Assembly: GCA_963705105.1 (NCBI GenBank)
Contig: CAVPIW010000006.1
Location: 672,001 to 736,000 of the forward strand
Reading direction: 5' to 3'
Source of the DNA: an uncultured Nitrospiraceae bacterium
Lineage (GTDB): Bacteria; Nitrospirota; Thermodesulfovibrionia; Thermodesulfovibrionales; Dissulfurispiraceae
Length of the DNA: 64,000 nt
Both the position numbers and the translations under genes were made by a program. Shown here piece by piece: positions 60,462-64,000 of this stretch. Positions within the stretch are counted from its first letter, which is position 1. The number at the start of each line of letters is the position of its first letter. The notes below the pieces were generated by a model. It saw only the letters and a list, made by a program, of their open reading frames with translations. It was not told the origin of the DNA and did no database searches.

Positions 60462-60728
60462 TACACTCCCGGGAAAGGCGGGGCTGGGGTGAATGCGCCG
60501 AAAACCTTGCTGCGGCGACACCTTAACCTTCACTGAAGACAACCTTTCAAGCCAATGATCGATCACACAAAGAGTGGAGTCCTGTAGGGGCCGTTCCCCG
60601 AACGGCCCGACATCGATGAAGCTATTTCAGGCCGACGGCTGAAGAAGGTGAACTTTTTGCTGACACTTACACTGACACTGACACTGTTTTCAGAGTGCTT
60701 CGCCCCGCCTTTCATGCAACTGAAAGGT
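60462..60728 (+). mobile_element. MITE-like element, copy 10 (left tip lost, chimeric interior)
   Basis: TACACTCCCGGGAAAGGCGGGG...CCCCGCCTTTCATGCAACTGAAAGGT. Confidence 0.82.
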
Positions 60729-60880
60729 AGACTATGGCTTGCTTTTATCATGCTTGAAAAATACAAGAAGCAATGAAAAGAAGGAGAGTGGGTTTAAAGT
60801 GCTTCCCACCAAAATAGCGTCGGCAATAAGATCGAGATGAAACCACGCATACTGGAGATATTTTTTAGGGGAGGTATGGA

Positions 60881-61117
60881 ATGAAAAGGAAGCAGGGTAT
60901 ACATGATGATATTACAAGGGTCGCGTACGAACTTTATGAAAAAAGAGGCAGGGCTCACGGGCATGAGTTAGAGGATTGGTTAGAGGCAGAAAAGATAGTG
61001 ATGGAAAACCGTGAGAGACATGCAAGGGAAACCAAGCAGGAAGTTGATGTTGTCGCGAAACCAAAGGTCGGGTTTCGGCGGACTGTTAAGAGAGAAGGGT
61101 TTTATAAGAAAAGTTGA
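60881..61117 (+). CDS. DUF2934 family protein
   Basis: AYELYEKRGR.HG..LEDWLEAE. Confidence 0.8.
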   Translation: MKRKQGIHDDITRVAYELYEKRGRAHGHELEDWLEAEKIVMENRERHARETKQEVDVVAKPKVGFRRTVKREGFYKKS

Positions 61118-61329
61118 GAGACGCCAGTTAGACGGTCAACCAACAGCAATACGAGTTCCTTTGGACCCTCACCGGCAACATGGTGGTACGGTTTGAACCT
61201 TTTCTCATCGGGCTCCACATGTTCCTAAGATTCAGGGAACACGGATAGACCAACCCTTACTTAGCACATAACAGCTTGCCCATATCCCTGCCGTACCGCC
61301 TTATACTTACCCGTACGAAGGTTCAACCA

Positions 61330-62050
61330 ATGATCAAGATCCTCGCGTTCGAAGGGGGGTAATAGATAGATCTCGTGCGCCGGGTGCGGCGTCCTGCTGG
61401 TGCTGGGTTTCTGGTAGATCGCCGCGAGCCCCATCGTCTGCATCAGTCGCCGTACCCGCTTCCTATTCGCCCGGTAGCCCTGCCGCCGAAGGTGCCAGAC
61501 CATCTGCCGGCTCCGTAATACGGTGTCTCCAGAAACTGCTCGTCTATCAGCCGCATCAGTTCCAGGTTCAAAGGACTCTCACCCAGAGCCTCGTAGTACA
61601 GTGAGGACCGGCTGGCCTGCAGCAACGTGCACTTGCCGAGTAATGCTGAGCCCTGGGTGGTCCCGCTCCACCATCTCCTTCCTCCGGTTGGGCTCATCGA
61701 CCGAAGGCGCGTACCAAAAAATCCCGTTCCACCGTCAACTGCCCGATCTTGGCATGCAGTTGCTTGACCTGAACCTCATGCGCCGCTTCGTCCTGGGATG
61801 CCTTCCCCTTGAACACATCCGCAAGTCCCTCGACCGCCTGCTTTTTCCAGTCGCTCACCTGATTGGGATGAATACTGAACCGTGCGGCTATCTCAGCTAT
61901 GGTCGATCCTCCTTCAGCGCCTCACGAGCCACCTTCGCCGTGAACTCCGCCGCATACCGATTCCTCTTCGTCTTGCTCATTTCGATGGTCCCTCCTCGGT
62001 GTTCGTGTTCTACACCTTATACGACTGTCCGAATTCTGGGGTCCACCTCT
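61330..62050 (-). mobile_element. IS3-family insertion sequence remnant
   Basis: OrfA MSKTKRNRYAAEFTAKVA; OrfB LMRLIDEQFLETPYYG and NRKRVRRLMQTMGL; frameshifted; integrase core missing; terminal GAGGTGGACCCC...GGACAG. Confidence 0.85.
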
Positions 62051-62229
62051 GTAAGGACGAGGTACGTAACTGCAAATCCCTTTATTCCTATGCCGTGAGA
62101 GGCTTCTCCTTCTTTCGTTATCTCTCTTTTTGTTTTTGCTTTTTTCATTCAGCGAAGTTGGCTGTGCTCAGGAATGACGCCTGATTACAGTTATTACCTT
62201 TCAGGATTTCAATTCCATCATAAAACATA

Positions 62230-62255
62230 GAGGGCGGGGATACCCCCCCGCCCTA
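62230..62255 (-). terminator. Probable intrinsic terminator of the DUF3494 gene
   Basis: AGGGCGGGG...CCCCGCCCT hairpin followed by a T-rich tract on the minus strand. Confidence 0.5.
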
Positions 62256-62317
62256 CAGGAAAACCTAAGGCACGGCCAGCTTCACTTAAGGATGAAACTA
62301 ATCCGGAGCTTCAGTAA

Positions 62318-63592
62318 TTAAACTCTCCTTCTGCTAAGAAAATAAACAGACCCAAGCCCTGCAAGCCCCATGAAGATTATCATCCCCCATTCGGTCATGG
62401 TGGGGACTGCGGTGGCAGTTGCCGTGCTGACGCTCAAGATTGCGCCGGCCGAGGCCGTATTGTTGCCTATGTTAGTTTGCAAGGCGTTGGCTGGCAGCGT
62501 GTTGGTGTAGCTGCCCGGGGTCGCCGCGGTCACGTGCACTGTTATTGTACAGACGCCGGGAATGCCGCTAGCTGCGGCCGGGATTGTGCCCGCCGTCAGC
62601 ATCACCGTGTTTGCGCCCGAATTTGCTGTCAGCGTGCTGCCTATACAGGTAGTGGAGGCACCGGACGGCGTCGCAATCACCATTCCACTGGGCAAGTTGT
62701 CGGTAAAGGATGTGATAGTGGCAGCACCGGCGTTGGCGTTGCTCAACGAAATTGTCAGAGTCGAGACACCGCCCACAACCATGGTGGCTGGGCCGAAGAC
62801 CTTGCTGACTCCCACCCCGCTGGGAGTCACACCAGAGCACGCGCTCGCGTTGATAGTGTTGTCATCCAGCGTCACCGCACCAGTTTGCGCTAAGGCTCGA
62901 CCGTTTAATCTTGCGCCGGTGTTCAAGGCGATTGACGTGCTCGCGAGAATATTTCCGATGAACGAAGTGTTTGTACCGAGAGTCCCGGACGAAACGAGCC
63001 TCCACCACACGTTACACGAGTCGCCACCGGTAACAGATGAACCAGCCGATGTCGTGAGCGTTGACGCAGACTTGAAAATCCAGACCCCCGACCCACTGAG
63101 GGTTAGATTTCCGGTCAGTAAGAAGGCGTTGGCGCAGTAAACACCCGGCCCGAGAGGAGAGACTGTGGTCAGGTCCTGCACGCCCGCGTAGGTGGTAGTG
63201 CATGGCTGGTCGAGAAAACCAAATGCAGCGGTGTTATCAGCCTGAGCCGCAGCCGCAACTGCATCACCTGCGTGTATCGTTCCGGGGGGAACCACGATCC
63301 CCGGAGGAAAGCCAGTGACTGCACTACCCGGACTGACACCCAGATCTCCTGTGGCTACGGTCGGACCGGTATTGGTCACCGTCGAGCCACCCAGGACAGC
63401 GAAGGGTGCCGCGTTACCCAGTGTTGGCGAGGTCGCGGCCAGTGCTGTGTCGGTTTGTGCCAATGAAAGACACGCGGCGAATCCCACGCTTGCCAAGAGG
63501 GTCAACCGCACCATTCGTTTAAGGATATTTCTTGTGCGGGGCATTTCAGTATCCCTCTCTCTTGCCTTGCCCATTCTTGAACCATCACACAT
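62318..63592 (-). CDS. DUF3494 (ice-binding-type) protein with an Ig-like domain and IPTL-CTERM sorting signal
   Basis: Signal peptide; FAVLGGSTVTNTGPT, GVSPGSAVTGFPPG, NVWW, GRALAQTGAVTLDDN; C-terminal VPTMTEWGMII + TM + RRR. Confidence 0.88.
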   Translation of the reverse strand: MCDGSRMGKARERDTEMPRTRNILKRMVRLTLLASVGFAACLSLAQTDTALAATSPTLGNAAPFAVLGGSTVTNTGPTVATGDLGVSPGSAVTGFPPGIVVPPGTIHAGDAVAAAAQADNTAAFGFLDQPCTTTYAGVQDLTTVSPLGPGVYCANAFLLTGNLTLSGSGVWIFKSASTLTTSAGSSVTGGDSCNVWWRLVSSGTLGTNTSFIGNILASTSIALNTGARLNGRALAQTGAVTLDDNTINASACSGVTPSGVGVSKVFGPATMVVGGVSTLTISLSNANAGAATITSFTDNLPSGMVIATPSGASTTCIGSTLTANSGANTVMLTAGTIPAAASGIPGVCTITVHVTAATPGSYTNTLPANALQTNIGNNTASAGAILSVSTATATAVPTMTEWGMIIFMGLAGLGSVYFLSRRRV

Positions 63593-64000
63593 AGGATGCC
63601 CTCCTTCTGACCCTATTTCTTAGCATGCTAGTATAAAGTGATTTCGTATGTCAAGGACACAATGCTACTTTGTCAACGCAATGCTACTGAGTGGTCTCAG
63701 ATGCACAGGCCGGCACGTTTGCTGCCTAAGAGAGAGTCGGCGTGATCAACATCAGGTCATCCAAGCCCTTTGCTCTGGATGATGTCGGAGGCATATCCCC
63801 CTCATGAAGATCTCTTCCATCTCCTTGTCTAATCCCCCTTATTGTCCTCATAGGCCTTGCAATCGTGCTCCTTGTCATGAAGGGACGCTTCCGGGGGGGC
63901 GCATGGGGGTCGACTTCTTCCTTTTTGCGATCGCTTGACATTTTTACGGCAATGGCCGCAGCCTGCTCGGCCGGCATGCCTTCCGTGCGGCGCTCGTACT

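Noticed and set aside
1609..60728. Repeat family as integron attC sites or a CRISPR array
   Set aside because: There is no integrase or cas gene, the copies occur in both orientations, spacing is multi-kb, and the ends lack the RYYYAAC...GTTRRRY arrangement.
63711..63726. Sigma54-like CGGCACGTTTGCTGC on the plus strand
   Set aside because: No supported plus-strand gene downstream within the window.
63726..64000. Partial minus-strand ORF at the window end
   Set aside because: No recognisable domain in the available fragment.

Overview
Accessory-rich bacterial window. The gene content looks like an anaerobic Gram-negative lineage, but taxonomy cannot be fixed from the sequence alone. The standout locus (minus strand, about 4.2-16.4 kb) is a bacterial gasdermin cell-death system. 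In transcription order it has a GEMM-I-type cyclic-dinucleotide riboswitch-like leader, a PHP metallohydrolase, a metacaspase-like protease, a gasdermin, a second caspase and a helical adaptor, and a membrane-anchored nSTAND1 NTPase with a long 32-aa-repeat ectodomain. The second caspase and the adaptor share a 32-aa amyloid-like motif. Decayed patatin and TPR remnants follow the operon. Other blocks: UPF0182 with a duplicated 3' end flanking hicBA; a ~23 kb lipid locus (SPT-like, ACP, FabF, ceramide-synthase-like GNAT, a Pfa-like PKS with fused enoyl reductase, PPTase, EptA-like, ABC transporter, AsmA, UbiB kinase); a sigma54 activator with stress and trehalose genes (treZ, GH57, treY, treT, CsbD, BON); an IS3 remnant; and a DUF3494 ice-binding-type surface protein. 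Ten copies of a modular MITE-like inverted-repeat element are scattered through the window, and matching pairs bracket the functional modules. Many single-base frameshifts and one purine-rich junk stretch suggest long-read or assembly errors, so pseudogene calls are provisional. All family assignments come from motif recognition by eye; no searches were run.
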